Positions 7,207-16,530 are shown, counted from the first letter of the stretch. The stretch: DNA of 64,000 nt from Nitrospirota bacterium (GCA_016180645.1 JACPAV010000004.1:31544-95543); one strand, 5' to 3'. Numbers and translations: made by a program. Notes: generated by a model not told the origin, from the sequence alone.

Positions 7207-9321
7207 CTACTGGAGGCAGGCGAGACCCTGGTCGGCCTTGCCCAGTGAGGAATTGTATCCAAGCTCTATCACCGTCCGCTCCCCGTTCTTGGTGGCGGAG
7301 GCCCATCCATTGTCGCCGACCACCTTCATGTTCACCGATTGCGGTGCGGTGTCTTTCGTGTAGGACCCCGTGTGGCTCGATCCGGAAATGATGAACATTG
7401 TGGTCGAATCCATGAAGAGGGGATGGCCCTGAAGGTTGACCTGTACAACATTCTCGGGAGATTTCAGTGTCTTCTTGCCATTCTTTCCGGCGGAACCTTC
7501 TCCGAAGGGAACGCAGGTCAGGTTCCAGGGATTGTTTTTCCCGTCACCGGATGACCAGTTTTCGTTGAACGGCTGTCCATCCTTGTCCACGTAATTGTTG
7601 CAGGCCCCTCCCCGGTCAATGGCGATGAGATCCTGGCGAAGCAGGATCGGAACGTAACGGAACGTGGAGATAAGGTCGTCGTAATACAGGCTCCCGTGCT
7701 TCTTCCAGGCCCAGTCGTTGATTTTCGCCGAGAAATTCTGTTCGCGCACGCCCTTCGGGCTCGCATGGTACAATTTCAGGAACTCCTTCGGGGTAGCAGT
7801 TGCCATGCCATAGCAATACGCGCAGACCGGCTTCTTCGCGTCTCGATTGAGGTAGAGGGGGTACTCGCGATCGGAAAAAACCTGCCCCGGGTATTGCAGA
7901 TGATAGTCGCGGCAAGAGACGGGTATGAACGCCTTGTGGGCCGGAAGGTCGTCCGCGATCGTTTCCGGCATGGGGGTGACGCTCCCGATCGCGCACGTTT
8001 CGGGTGTCCTTTCACACACCTGTGCCAGATCCCGCAATTTGCGAATCGTCCCGGATGTTGGATCCGTGATCTGAGTCTTGGCGTCGACCACGTTATAGGA
8101 GTGATACTTCGTGGTCGACGTCCACTCATAGTCATCCGGGTTATTGAACATGTTGTCGATTTCGCCGAGGAGTTTCTGGTAGTCATCATAGGAATTCAGG
8201 ATCGCCGTAATGGCTGCCACCTGAGCGGTGTTATCCGCGTTGCATGCGTCCTCGGAGCCGGGACAGGCCACGTCCTTCTGGAGCCAGGCCTTGCGCTTGG
8301 ACTCCCAATCGTCCCTGCTCCACTTGCGGAATGAGGCCAGGTACGCCGCCGTCTCGGAGGCGTCCGCGCCGCCCCCCAGGCAATCCTTGAGCTTACCGGT
8401 GAATTCCTGTGTCTTGGCGTAGAAACCATCCAGGGTGTCCCCAGGCGCCTGGAAATCGCATTCAATGGCGGCGTTCATAAAGGTTTTGAAGCTCTTTTTT
8501 GAGTTGTCATACGCAGCCTTGAAATCCGCGTTTGTCGACCCGCCCGCCGACTCATTGGGAACCTCTTCGCTGAATCCACCTGAGATGGATGCGGCGGCGG
8601 ACGCGTCGGTTGCGACGATTTCAATCATGAGCTTGAGCTCGGCGCCGGTTTCCATCTCGAACAGGTAGTAGTCTCCACAATGATTGACGAAATCATCGAA
8701 TGTGTCATACGCGCCGAGGATTTCGTCCTTGATGACGATGTCGGGGTTCAGGGACTTGACCAGCCCGGCCGCGGTGGAGTGATACACTCCGTAGACGCGG
8801 TTCGTTGAAAACTCGGCCGAGGCGGACCAAGAGGCATCTTCGCCCGCCTTGAACACTCCGATGCCCATCTTGGCGTGCTCGTTCATGGAAAGGCTGGCGG
8901 AAAGGTCCACGGAGGTCTTGATCACCTTTGCCTCGGTGACGCTCTCGACCGTTCCCGGTTTCCAGTAGCCGCCGGTCGTGGGATCCTGCGAGAACCCGGT
9001 CTTATCAAGGTCCACACACACGATCTGATCGTCCGCCGCGCCGGACACGGAATCGTAGGCGGACCCCCAGTTCATACGGGTCTTGACGTATTTGATGTCC
9101 AACGCATTGTGGCCGTCGAAACTCCGGGCCACCACGCGATCCACCCTTCCCGCGTCCTTGGCCTCCAGTTCCGGAGGCGTGATTTGGGCCAATGTCGCAT
9201 CCGTCTCCACAGGCTCCGGGGGCGCGGCTGAGTTTGATTTGCCGGAGCCGTTGCAACCAACGAAGGTCACGGGCAGAACAATGACAAAGGCCAAAATACC
9301 GGACAGGGGAAAATGTATCAT
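7207..9321 (-). CDS. Secreted lipoprotein, 705 aa, possible MACPF/pore-forming-like N-region and Cys-rich C-region
   Basis: Start MIHFPLSGILAFVIVLPVTFVGCNGSG has an RBS (AAAGGAG) and a lipobox FVGC. Region FVNHCGDYYLFEMETGAELKLMIEI loosely resembles the MACPF signature (Y/F-G-T/S-H-F/Y...GG), which is weak. The C-terminal half has many Cys (CPGSEDACNADN, VCERTPETCAIGS, VCAYCYGM, GGACNNYV). GC appears lower (low 50s %) than flanks. Function unknown. Confidence 0.55.
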   Translation of the reverse strand: MIHFPLSGILAFVIVLPVTFVGCNGSGKSNSAAPPEPVETDATLAQITPPELEAKDAGRVDRVVARSFDGHNALDIKYVKTRMNWGSAYDSVSGAADDQIVCVDLDKTGFSQDPTTGGYWKPGTVESVTEAKVIKTSVDLSASLSMNEHAKMGIGVFKAGEDASWSASAEFSTNRVYGVYHSTAAGLVKSLNPDIVIKDEILGAYDTFDDFVNHCGDYYLFEMETGAELKLMIEIVATDASAAASISGGFSEEVPNESAGGSTNADFKAAYDNSKKSFKTFMNAAIECDFQAPGDTLDGFYAKTQEFTGKLKDCLGGGADASETAAYLASFRKWSRDDWESKRKAWLQKDVACPGSEDACNADNTAQVAAITAILNSYDDYQKLLGEIDNMFNNPDDYEWTSTTKYHSYNVVDAKTQITDPTSGTIRKLRDLAQVCERTPETCAIGSVTPMPETIADDLPAHKAFIPVSCRDYHLQYPGQVFSDREYPLYLNRDAKKPVCAYCYGMATATPKEFLKLYHASPKGVREQNFSAKINDWAWKKHGSLYYDDLISTFRYVPILLRQDLIAIDRGGACNNYVDKDGQPFNENWSSGDGKNNPWNLTCVPFGEGSAGKNGKKTLKSPENVVQVNLQGHPLFMDSTTMFIISGSSHTGSYTKDTAPQSVNMKVVGDNGWASATKNGERTVIELGYNSSLGKADQGLACLQ

Positions 9322-9691
9322 TTGCGAACTCTCCTTTGGAAATGGGGACTTTGGGGAAGACCGTTCAGTGATCCGTAATGTCCACAATCACCGCCCGGCG
9401 CGAGGAAGAATCGAGATTGAATCAGCGCGAATTTCCTTGCCGCTGGAAGCACGGGGTGCAACCTACGCTACGCGGACGAAATGTCAAGGTCGATAGAGTG
9501 CATCCGAAACCTCAGCGCTTCTCGACCCGCCTGCCGGTCTGCGGGCGGGAGGGATCGAAGAACAGGCGGGGTTACTGTTCGAGCGGATTCGAGAACTCCA
9601 AGACTTCGAGACTGGTTCCGTTCGCGCCAATTTCCGGACGCACATACGGCTCATACGGTGTCACATACGGTGTCAGGTCTTGCATTCATTC

Positions 9692-9823
9692 ATTTCGTCT
9701 TCTCGAACTCCCGCAATCGTCTGCTCACGGTCGAGTAATGAACGCCCAATGACGCCGCGATCTCGCCCAACGTGTACCCCTCTCGAATATAGGCACGGCC
9801 CACCTCCTGCGGCGTCCCCTTCC
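9692..9823 (-). pseudogene. Transposase N-terminal HTH remnant (IS fragment)
   Basis: Minus-strand translation between two stops gives RKGTPQEVGRAYIREGYTLGEIAASLGVHYSTVSRRLREFEKTK*, a typical transposase/IS OrfA helix-turn-helix. There is no start codon or downstream catalytic domain. Confidence 0.4.
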
Positions 9824-9982
9824 TTCACGATCTCCCCGATCCCCCGGCGTACCCCAATTCCGGCCGATGAAGTCTGGGAGGAGCTGGGTATTTCCAGAAA
9901 GAAGAAGTCCACCCGCCGATAGCCGGTCCCCTATTCCCCGGGACAACGCGATGCTTGCCGCCGGGGTTCGTGCATGATGTGT

Positions 9983-10142
9983 TCAGGTCGGCAGGTGGTC
10001 GATGAAGGTGAGGTTGCAGGAGCGGCCGTGGGTGGATTCGGCCATGTCGACGGCGGCCTCGACGGACGGTGCGGGAACGAAAGGATCCTTCGCGCCGGCC
10101 ACGATGACTTGGCCGATGTGCTTCATGCGCCGGAGAGGATAG
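9983..10142. repeat. Second copy of the ~165-bp direct repeat (attR-like), here forming the genuine 3' end of the LarA-like CDS
   Basis: Aligns to 6486-6650, with differences only in the middle ~40 bp (small indel, a few substitutions). Confidence 0.8.
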
Positions 10143-11338
10143 CTGGCCATGAGTCCGTGAACGGGGTGGAACGAGTAGCAGTATCGGTACTTAAAAAGGT
10201 AGTCCGGCCGGTTGGCGAAATCTTCTTCGAACTGGTCACGCATCGCCCAGGGGTCTTTTGTGACAGGCAGGACGCGATCCCACACCTCGCGATAGGCGGC
10301 GTGGTGAACGTCGTCCCATTCGTTCGGACACGGCGTGGCCATGATGACCGTGCAGCCTTTCTTGCCGACGCTTTCCGTGGTTCCACCGAAGTAGCCGAGT
10401 CCCGATGAAAAAAGCGTAAGGATCGGGTTCATCTTCGCGAACGTGGCGTAGGGGCTGTACGACGCCAGGCCGTAAACGAGCACGTCGGCCTTTTCACCTT
10501 CCGGAACCGCCGCCGGCACGGAATCCTGGAGAAGCGAGAGAACTTTCTTGCGCGTGGCGGAGACTCCGCCCGCGAAGACATGGGCGACCTCGAAGGGGCT
10601 GCGGAGCACGGTCTCAATCTTGAACACGCGGTTCTTGCCCAGTTTCTCGTCCACGAGCGCGCCCATTTCGTCGAGCACGCGATGGAGCGGATTGTTGCGA
10701 ACGGAGGCGCTGAGGCCGTCCGGCGAGTGGTGCCACCGGATGCTCCGGTTGGTGCTGAGGCCGACGCAGACCGATTTCCATCCTCCCGTGAGGCCGCGGA
10801 GGGCGCTCGCGTTGATGTAAACGGTGAGATCGCAATCGACCACGAGTTTGTTGACTTCCACGTCGTATCCGTTCGGCGTGGCGCCGAGGTAGGCGAGGTT
10901 TTCCTTGTCTTCCGCATCGTGGGAAAAGACACGGTAGCCGAACTCCTGCACGAGGTCGTCGCCGATGATCCGTCCGATCTCGTTGCGCGTCCACCGCCGG
11001 TGCAGCGCCGAGGCGCAGACGAGCCAGATGTCGTTTCTCTGCACGCCGGCCTTGCGGAGGTCGTCCAGTACGGCCCGAATGGCCAGATTTCGCAGCGGGG
11101 CGAGACAGATCACGGTGGGATCGTCGAACGCGATAAGGACCTTGCTTCCATTCCGGACCAATTCCGGTATTCGCGGCATGTCCATCGGGCGATCGAGGGC
11201 GTCGCGAACCGCTTTGCCAATGTCCGTGATCGGCGGCAGTTTGCCCGGCATCCAGGAGCTGGGCCGCTTCCGGGTACGGTCCGGGAGTGTCGCGTCGATC
11301 ATCCCGTCACCGAAGGCCATCGAGACGCTGATCGCCAT
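9983..11338 (-). CDS. LarA-like (DUF2088) nickel-pincer-nucleotide-dependent racemase/epimerase family protein
   Basis: 451 aa. Motif GLTGGWKSVCVGLS matches the LarA cofactor-lysine region pattern G-F/L-S/T-G-G-x-K-S-x-x-P/V-G-x-S. Size matches LarA. No larB/C/E nearby. Confidence 0.55.
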   Translation of the reverse strand: MAISVSMAFGDGMIDATLPDRTRKRPSSWMPGKLPPITDIGKAVRDALDRPMDMPRIPELVRNGSKVLIAFDDPTVICLAPLRNLAIRAVLDDLRKAGVQRNDIWLVCASALHRRWTRNEIGRIIGDDLVQEFGYRVFSHDAEDKENLAYLGATPNGYDVEVNKLVVDCDLTVYINASALRGLTGGWKSVCVGLSTNRSIRWHHSPDGLSASVRNNPLHRVLDEMGALVDEKLGKNRVFKIETVLRSPFEVAHVFAGGVSATRKKVLSLLQDSVPAAVPEGEKADVLVYGLASYSPYATFAKMNPILTLFSSGLGYFGGTTESVGKKGCTVIMATPCPNEWDDVHHAAYREVWDRVLPVTKDPWAMRDQFEEDFANRPDYLFKYRYCYSFHPVHGLMASYPLRRMKHIGQVIVAGAKDPFVPAPSVEAAVDMAESTHGRSCNLTFIDHLPT

Positions 11339-11480
11339 TCCGCCTTCTTACCAACCCCGGCGAAAGAAGTCGAGCGGGAGCCGCACCCCGCCTGCCATCG
11401 CTTCCCATCGCCCCTTGCGCTTCGCTCCAGGGACGATGAGCGGTAGGGCCATGCGAGCTCTGCATCGTGTTCGGCCTGAC

Positions 11481-11582
11481 GGGCGGGGTACCGCACCATC
11501 CATGGCTGGCACTTGCCGTTCAAGCGCCGCCCGTCCCTGGGACGGCTATGCTGGCGGCAAGTACCGCACCATCCATGGCTGG
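11481..11582. repeat. Family B repeat element, 1.3 tandem copies with 82-bp period
   Basis: GGGCGGGGTACCGCACCATCCATGGCTGGCACTTGCCG...CGGCAAGTACCGCACCATCCATGGCTGG. The 22-mer GTACCGCACCATCCATGGCTGG occurs at 11481 and 11561. An internal TIR CACTTGCCG/CGGCAAGTA is present. The reverse complement is similar to the 70-bp unit at 3981-4129. It lies in the divergent intergenic region. Confidence 0.75.
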
Positions 11583-11629
11583 TTGCCGGAGGGTGCCATT
11601 TGCCTTATTGTGTAGTCATAGTGACCCGG

Positions 11630-12529
11630 ATGGTCCTCTTATGGGCGGTTCTTGCGATGGCCTGTTCGTCTGAGAACACGGGCGAGAAACCGCCGACACT
11701 CGCTCCGCCCACGCGCGGATATCAGATCAGAGCAGATCCGATCCGCGTGGACGCCGGCGAGGAGTCGGAGGTCTGTCAACATGCGGCCACCGTCGCGGGA
11801 CCGGGTGAGGCGGTGCGTCGGATTGAGGTGGCCGCGGGACCGGGCTTGCATCACTTCATACTTTTTACGTGGGAAAGCGAGAGCGCGCCGACGCCGTCCC
11901 GATGGCCGTGTGTGGCGGCGGGGATCGGGGGGGATCTGTCGCACATCCTCGACTTTCGGCCACTCAGCGGGTTTCCGCCGCAGCCCTATTCCGAAATCCT
12001 ATTTCCTGAAGACGTTGGATTTCCCCTTCGCCCGAACCAAGCGTTCGTGCTGGACGGCCATTTCCTCAACCTCGGGGCGACGCAGCAGAGGGAATCCAGT
12101 CTCACCGTCAACCTGCACACCGTGTCGCAGTCGGAGGTGTCGCACCTCGCGCGAATTCTGTACGATATCAATCTGTCGTTCCGCGTCCCCGCCTCGTCCA
12201 GGGGCTACGCGGAAGGGACCTGGGAGGCGAAAGAGGACATCCATCTTTTCGCCCTCACCTCTCACACCCACCGCAGAGGGATCGAGGTAACCATCCACCA
12301 CGCCGAGCGACTTCCGGGCGATCCGGCCTCTTTCGAGGAGAAGGAGCCGCTCTACCGGAGCCGCGACTGGTCGTCTCCGGCGTTTGCCGTCTTCACGGAG
12401 CCGATCCTGATCCGAGCGGGAGACGGTCTTCGCTACCGCTGTCTCTTCGATAATGACAAAATGATCCCATTGATATTCGGAGTGACCTCGGAAGACGAGA
12501 TGTGCATCCTCTACGGTTTCTACTACTGA
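11630..12529 (+). CDS. Lipoprotein, copper type II ascorbate-dependent monooxygenase-like (PHM/DBH fold)
   Basis: Start MVLLWAVLAMACSSENTG has a lipobox. CuH-like LHHFILF is present. CuM-like LTSHTHRRG...DEMCILYGFYY matches the HxH...M ligand arrangement of PHM/DBH C-domains. Confidence 0.45.
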   Translation: MVLLWAVLAMACSSENTGEKPPTLAPPTRGYQIRADPIRVDAGEESEVCQHAATVAGPGEAVRRIEVAAGPGLHHFILFTWESESAPTPSRWPCVAAGIGGDLSHILDFRPLSGFPPQPYSEILFPEDVGFPLRPNQAFVLDGHFLNLGATQQRESSLTVNLHTVSQSEVSHLARILYDINLSFRVPASSRGYAEGTWEAKEDIHLFALTSHTHRRGIEVTIHHAERLPGDPASFEEKEPLYRSRDWSSPAFAVFTEPILIRAGDGLRYRCLFDNDKMIPLIFGVTSEDEMCILYGFYY

Positions 12530-12675
12530 GACCGTCGGGAAGCTTCCTTCCGCGCATGGTTCGACAAGCCGTTCGACGGGCTCAGGACCCCATAAGGTCC
12601 CGAGTCTATCGAGGGGCACACCATGAGCGGATGTATTCCGCCCACCCTGAGCTCCGTCGAAGGGTCGTCCTGGGC

Positions 12676-14115
12676 ATGTCGAAGGACGAGGCCGCATGGG
12701 CGAGGCGGAGAGCAATCTTGGGGCTGTGCGTCAGCAGCTTGCTCATGGGCTGCTCCGACTCCGATGATCTGCCCTGCTCCCCCGCTCGGGTCCGCCCCGC
12801 GTATTCCGACGCCCTCTGCCTGGCGGGGGCGCTGCCGGCGGGAGACGATGACTGGGCCCGCAGCTACCGGCGGTTCGTGCTGGAGAAGGCAACAGCCGCT
12901 GGGGTCAGGACATTCCGGGACGATTTCACCTGGTCGGAGGCCGAACCGGAACGCGGTCGGTTCAACTTCGCCGCCCAGGACGCCAGAATGGACGATCTGA
13001 CCGCCGCCGGCGCTCGGGAGATAGGCCTGATCACCTATGGGAACCCGTGGGCCTCGGCGAAAGGAAGCGATTGTGCGAGGCAGGACCGTGGGAATTGCGC
13101 GGTCTATCCGGCGGACGATCCGGACGACTACGCCCGTTTTGCCGCCGCTCTCGCCGAACGATATCGGGCAACGGTCTCGGACTGGGAAATCTGGAATGAG
13201 CAGAACTCGGGCTTCCGGTTTTGGGTGGGCTCCGACTATCCGTGGAAGTATGGGGCGGGCACGGGGGGCGATCCCGATCGTTACGGCGAACTGCTCGGGC
13301 GAACCTACAAGGCGATTAAGGCCGTCCACCCGAAATCCGCCGTTGCCTACGGGGGGCTTTTTTATCACGAGCAGTTCATCATGGGCGCGGAACGATTCCT
13401 TGACCTGAGCCTGATGCATCGCCCCGACTTGGGCAGGTTTTTCGACGTCCTCGCGTATCATCCCTACACCACCTATCCTCCCCAGGTTCCACCGGAGGCA
13501 GGCGACTCAACCGAAATTCCTCTCGTAACGATGCAGAAGAATCTTGAGAACGTGATGGCTATCCGGGGCACTGGAACCAAAGAGGTCTGGGTGACGGAGG
13601 TCGGCTGGCCCGTATATGGGCAAGTGGATGAGGAGAGGCAGGCGCAGTATCTCGTTCGCAGCGCCATTCTGGCGATGAGCGCGGGTGCAACGCGCGTTTG
13701 CTGGTTCACCTTTCAAGACGGACCGGAATTCAGGAGTTTCCCGCCTGAGCAGGCGTTCGGGGTCTTCCGTTACGCCAACGATCGAACAAGCGCCGGTCCG
13801 AAGCCCGCGTACGACGCCCTGACTACCATGTCCGCTCGGCTGGAGGGAACCCGATACACGTGCGATCTGAATGAGGAACTGGGGTTGGGCGCGGATGGAT
13901 ACGCCTTTTTGTTCGAGGGCCGCGGCAAGCGCGTCCTGGTCGCATGGGCGTCCTCCGCCGATTCACAGGTTCTTTCGATGGATCTTCTTCAAGAGCTTTT
14001 CAGGGGAACCATCCTTGGCGTGAGAGCTTGGGATCGTGAAGACGATGCGCGGAATTTTCCACCGGGGGTTTCCATCCCCTTGAGCGGCTCCCCGGTCTTC
14101 GTGAGTCTGCCGTAG
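12676..14115 (+). CDS. Secreted clan GH-A TIM-barrel glycoside hydrolase (GH5/GH39-like)
   Basis: DWEIWNEQN (acid/base NEP-type motif) and VWVTEVGWP (nucleophile Glu) are present. Signal/lipobox in MSKDEAAWARRRAILGLCVSSLLMGCSDS. Start 12676 chosen; 12631 is possible. Confidence 0.6.
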   Translation: MSKDEAAWARRRAILGLCVSSLLMGCSDSDDLPCSPARVRPAYSDALCLAGALPAGDDDWARSYRRFVLEKATAAGVRTFRDDFTWSEAEPERGRFNFAAQDARMDDLTAAGAREIGLITYGNPWASAKGSDCARQDRGNCAVYPADDPDDYARFAAALAERYRATVSDWEIWNEQNSGFRFWVGSDYPWKYGAGTGGDPDRYGELLGRTYKAIKAVHPKSAVAYGGLFYHEQFIMGAERFLDLSLMHRPDLGRFFDVLAYHPYTTYPPQVPPEAGDSTEIPLVTMQKNLENVMAIRGTGTKEVWVTEVGWPVYGQVDEERQAQYLVRSAILAMSAGATRVCWFTFQDGPEFRSFPPEQAFGVFRYANDRTSAGPKPAYDALTTMSARLEGTRYTCDLNEELGLGADGYAFLFEGRGKRVLVAWASSADSQVLSMDLLQELFRGTILGVRAWDREDDARNFPPGVSIPLSGSPVFVSLP

Positions 14116-14260
14116 ACGCATCGTATGCGTTCGGCACCCCCCATCCTCACCTTCCCCCTCAAGGGGGGAAGGGACAAGAACGGAAACGTCTCCCGACTCT
14201 TCCCCCTCCCCCTTGAGGGGGGAGGGACAGGGTGGGGGTGAACGCATACAACGCATCATG
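14113..14260 (+). promoter_or_regulatory. ~145-nt nested imperfect palindrome spanning the GH stop codon to the patatin start codon
   Basis: Outer arms GACGCATCGTATGCGTTC (14115-14132) and GAACGCATACAACGCATC (14240-14257) are present. Inner self-complementary CCCCCTCAAGGGGGG and CCCCCTTGAGGGGGG lie within direct repeats TTCCCCCTCAAGGGGGGAAGGGACA / TCCCCCTTGAGGGGGGAGGGACA. No T-tract is present. It may be a terminator, an attenuator or an RBS/start-masking structure. Confidence 0.4.
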
Positions 14261-16267
14261 TCGATCGACTACGTGCCCTTCCTCTTGCGGGTTCCGTTTT
14301 TCGCCGCGATGGATTCGGAGGAAGAGCTTCTCCGGATCGCCTCGCGGGTCACGCTTCGGCGTTACGCCAAGGGGGACGTGGTTTACCGTGAGGGCGACGT
14401 GGGGGACGCCCTGTACATCATCCGGACCGGTCGCGTTCGGATCTCGGTGCGATCGGAGGCTGGGGTGGACCGGCCGGTGGCGTACCTTGGCGCAGGAGAG
14501 ATTTTCGGTGAAATGGCTCTCCTTATTGAAGAGCCACGCTCGGCAACGGTTCGAGCCGACACGGCGGCGGAGATCATCGTCCTCCTGAAGGAGGACTTCC
14601 ATGCGCTGCTCCGAGAGGACCCCGCGATCGCCCTGGAACTTTCCCGCACGCTCTCGCGCCGCCTGGCGCGGACCACGCGGGGTTCCGAGCGTCGTGTCGA
14701 GCCGGTTTGCATCCTGTGTGCGTCATTCGGCGCCGCGGTTTCCGGGGCTTTCGACGGGAGCGCTCTCCTGGCCGCCCGTCTCGCGCCAGCCCTCGCGGAG
14801 CAGAACACGCATCGCGTCGTTCTGGTGGATCTCCATGCGGATGGCGAAGCCTCCGCGGCGCGGCTCCTCGCCCCGGATTCCCGAAGAGTGAAAATCTCCG
14901 AACTGGCATCCTGCCTTGCCGGTCTTCACAAACTGGAGCCGCTCATGAGATCGGGTCCAAGGGGCGAGCACGTGATCACCGTGGAGCGAGACGGCGCCGA
15001 GGGTGCCTTCGAGGAAGCGTTCTCAGGATTGGTGGCGGCGCTCAAGTCGTCTTACCTGTTCATCGTCATCGCCCTGCCGGGGAGTGCGGAAGCCGTGCCT
15101 CGATCCATCCTATTGGAGCCGGACCAAATCTGGGTGCCTTTTCTGGAAGAGTCTCGATCCGCGGCGGTGGATCGAATCGAAGCGCTCACGCGCAGCATGT
15201 CGGGCCTGCCGTACAAAACTCACTGGCTATGGTTGAGGCGTGAGGAGGATCGGGATCGGAAGCGGTCGACCATCGAGGTCGATTTAGGCCGTCCTTTGAG
15301 GGGAACAGTGGACTTGCCGTCCACCTTGGTCAAGCCTCCCGAAGAAAGCGAAGAGGACTCTGCGGGGGCCGACACCGCGTTCAGAAAATCCGTTTCGCGC
15401 CTCGCCCGTCAGGTGGCACACCGATCGACGGGCGTGGCCCTGGGAAGCGGGGCGGCCTTCGGGTTCGCCCACGTGGGCGTTCTCCAAGCCCTTGATCAGG
15501 CCGGAATCGACGTTGACTACATCGCGGGGACCAGCATGGGCGCGCTCGTCGGGAGCTTTTATGCGTCCGGGCTCAACGCGGATGCCCTTGCCGAGCGGGC
15601 GATCGAAATGCAGGGCCGCGGCCGATTCCTCGGTCTGGCCGATTTCTCATTCCCGCCGCGAACGGGATTTCTGCGAGGGGAAAAGGTGGACGCCTACCTT
15701 CGGGAAATACTGGAGGAAAGGACCTTCGCCGACCTGGAGATCCCCTTCGCCTGTGTGGCCACGGACATCCTCACGGGCGAGCGGGTGGTGCTTGATCGGG
15801 GGCCGGTGCATTCGGCCGTGCGCGCCAGCCTTTCCCTTCCCTTTGTGTTCGCCCCCGTGAGGATCGAGGGCCGGCTCCTTGTGGACGGCGGCCTCGTGGA
15901 GCCGGTACCGGCGGCGACGGTGAAGAACCTCGGCGCAGACCTGATCCTCTCCGTCAACGTGGCGGCGAAACCCAAGACGGCGTCGAGTGAAAATGATCCA
16001 GATTCGGCCTGGCGAGCCAAATCGGAGTCCGTGCGCACGCCGAACATGCTCAAGATCGGACTCAACGCCTTGTACACCATGCAGCACGAAATCGCCCTCG
16101 CTGCCGATCCGATTTCGCACCTCACCTTGGCGCCGGAATTCACGGGCATCGTGCATTCGGAGTTCCACCGGGCCGGCGAACTGATCGAAGCCGGCCGCCG
16201 CGCGGCGGAGGCCCGGATTGACGAAATCAGGTCTCTCTTCCAAACGCAACCGGTCTCCCAGCCATGA
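14258..16267 (+). CDS. Cyclic-nucleotide-binding domain + patatin-like phospholipase fusion protein
   Basis: N-terminal cNMP-binding fold (GDVVYREGDVGDALYIIRTGRVRI...FGEMALL...RSATVRA). C-terminal patatin fold with oxyanion GSGAAFG, nucleophile GTSMG (GxSxG) and catalytic Asp in VDGGLVEPVP. About 250 aa of uncharacterised middle region. Confidence 0.8.
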   Translation: MSIDYVPFLLRVPFFAAMDSEEELLRIASRVTLRRYAKGDVVYREGDVGDALYIIRTGRVRISVRSEAGVDRPVAYLGAGEIFGEMALLIEEPRSATVRADTAAEIIVLLKEDFHALLREDPAIALELSRTLSRRLARTTRGSERRVEPVCILCASFGAAVSGAFDGSALLAARLAPALAEQNTHRVVLVDLHADGEASAARLLAPDSRRVKISELASCLAGLHKLEPLMRSGPRGEHVITVERDGAEGAFEEAFSGLVAALKSSYLFIVIALPGSAEAVPRSILLEPDQIWVPFLEESRSAAVDRIEALTRSMSGLPYKTHWLWLRREEDRDRKRSTIEVDLGRPLRGTVDLPSTLVKPPEESEEDSAGADTAFRKSVSRLARQVAHRSTGVALGSGAAFGFAHVGVLQALDQAGIDVDYIAGTSMGALVGSFYASGLNADALAERAIEMQGRGRFLGLADFSFPPRTGFLRGEKVDAYLREILEERTFADLEIPFACVATDILTGERVVLDRGPVHSAVRASLSLPFVFAPVRIEGRLLVDGGLVEPVPAATVKNLGADLILSVNVAAKPKTASSENDPDSAWRAKSESVRTPNMLKIGLNALYTMQHEIALAADPISHLTLAPEFTGIVHSEFHRAGELIEAGRRAAEARIDEIRSLFQTQPVSQP

Positions 16268-16527
16268 AGGACATTCGAATCGACCCTCACACTCTGGAGC
16301 GCGCGGAGCAGCGGGGTACAAACCCGGAGGAGATTGCGGAAGTGATCGAGACGGGGCTGCCCATTCCGGCGAAACACGGCCGATTCGGGAAAACCAAAGT
16401 CTTCAAGTTCGGACGGCATCGCCTGGGCAAATTTTACGAGGAAAAGAAGGTCGAAGTGTATTATACTGTCCATGGAGATTTGGTGGTGACCATCACGGTG
16501 TATGTCTTCTACGGGTCTTGGAGGTAG
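16264..16527 (+). CDS. DUF4258-family protein (toxin-like component of a DUF4258/DUF2283 pair)
   Basis: 87 aa, MKDIRIDPHTLERAEQRGTNPEEIAEVIETG...KVEVYYTVHGDLVVTITVYVFYG. ATGA overlap with the patatin gene stop indicates translational coupling. Confidence 0.55.
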   Translation: MKDIRIDPHTLERAEQRGTNPEEIAEVIETGLPIPAKHGRFGKTKVFKFGRHRLGKFYEEKKVEVYYTVHGDLVVTITVYVFYGSWR

Positions 16528-16530
16528 GAA

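Noticed and set aside
6753-7262. Overlapping ORFs 6753..7157(+) and 6903..7262(-) in the islet
   Set aside because: No motifs or RBS, mutual overlap, and overlap with the 3' end of the lipoprotein gene; likely non-coding spacer of the islet.
11999-13461. Minus-strand ORFs (238 aa, 312 aa) opposite the Cu-monooxygenase-like and GH genes
   Set aside because: Shadow ORFs with no motifs and Arg/Pro/Gly-rich composition.
15647-16473. Minus-strand ORFs (224 aa and 259 aa) opposite the patatin gene
   Set aside because: Antisense to a gene with clear catalytic motifs; low-complexity products.
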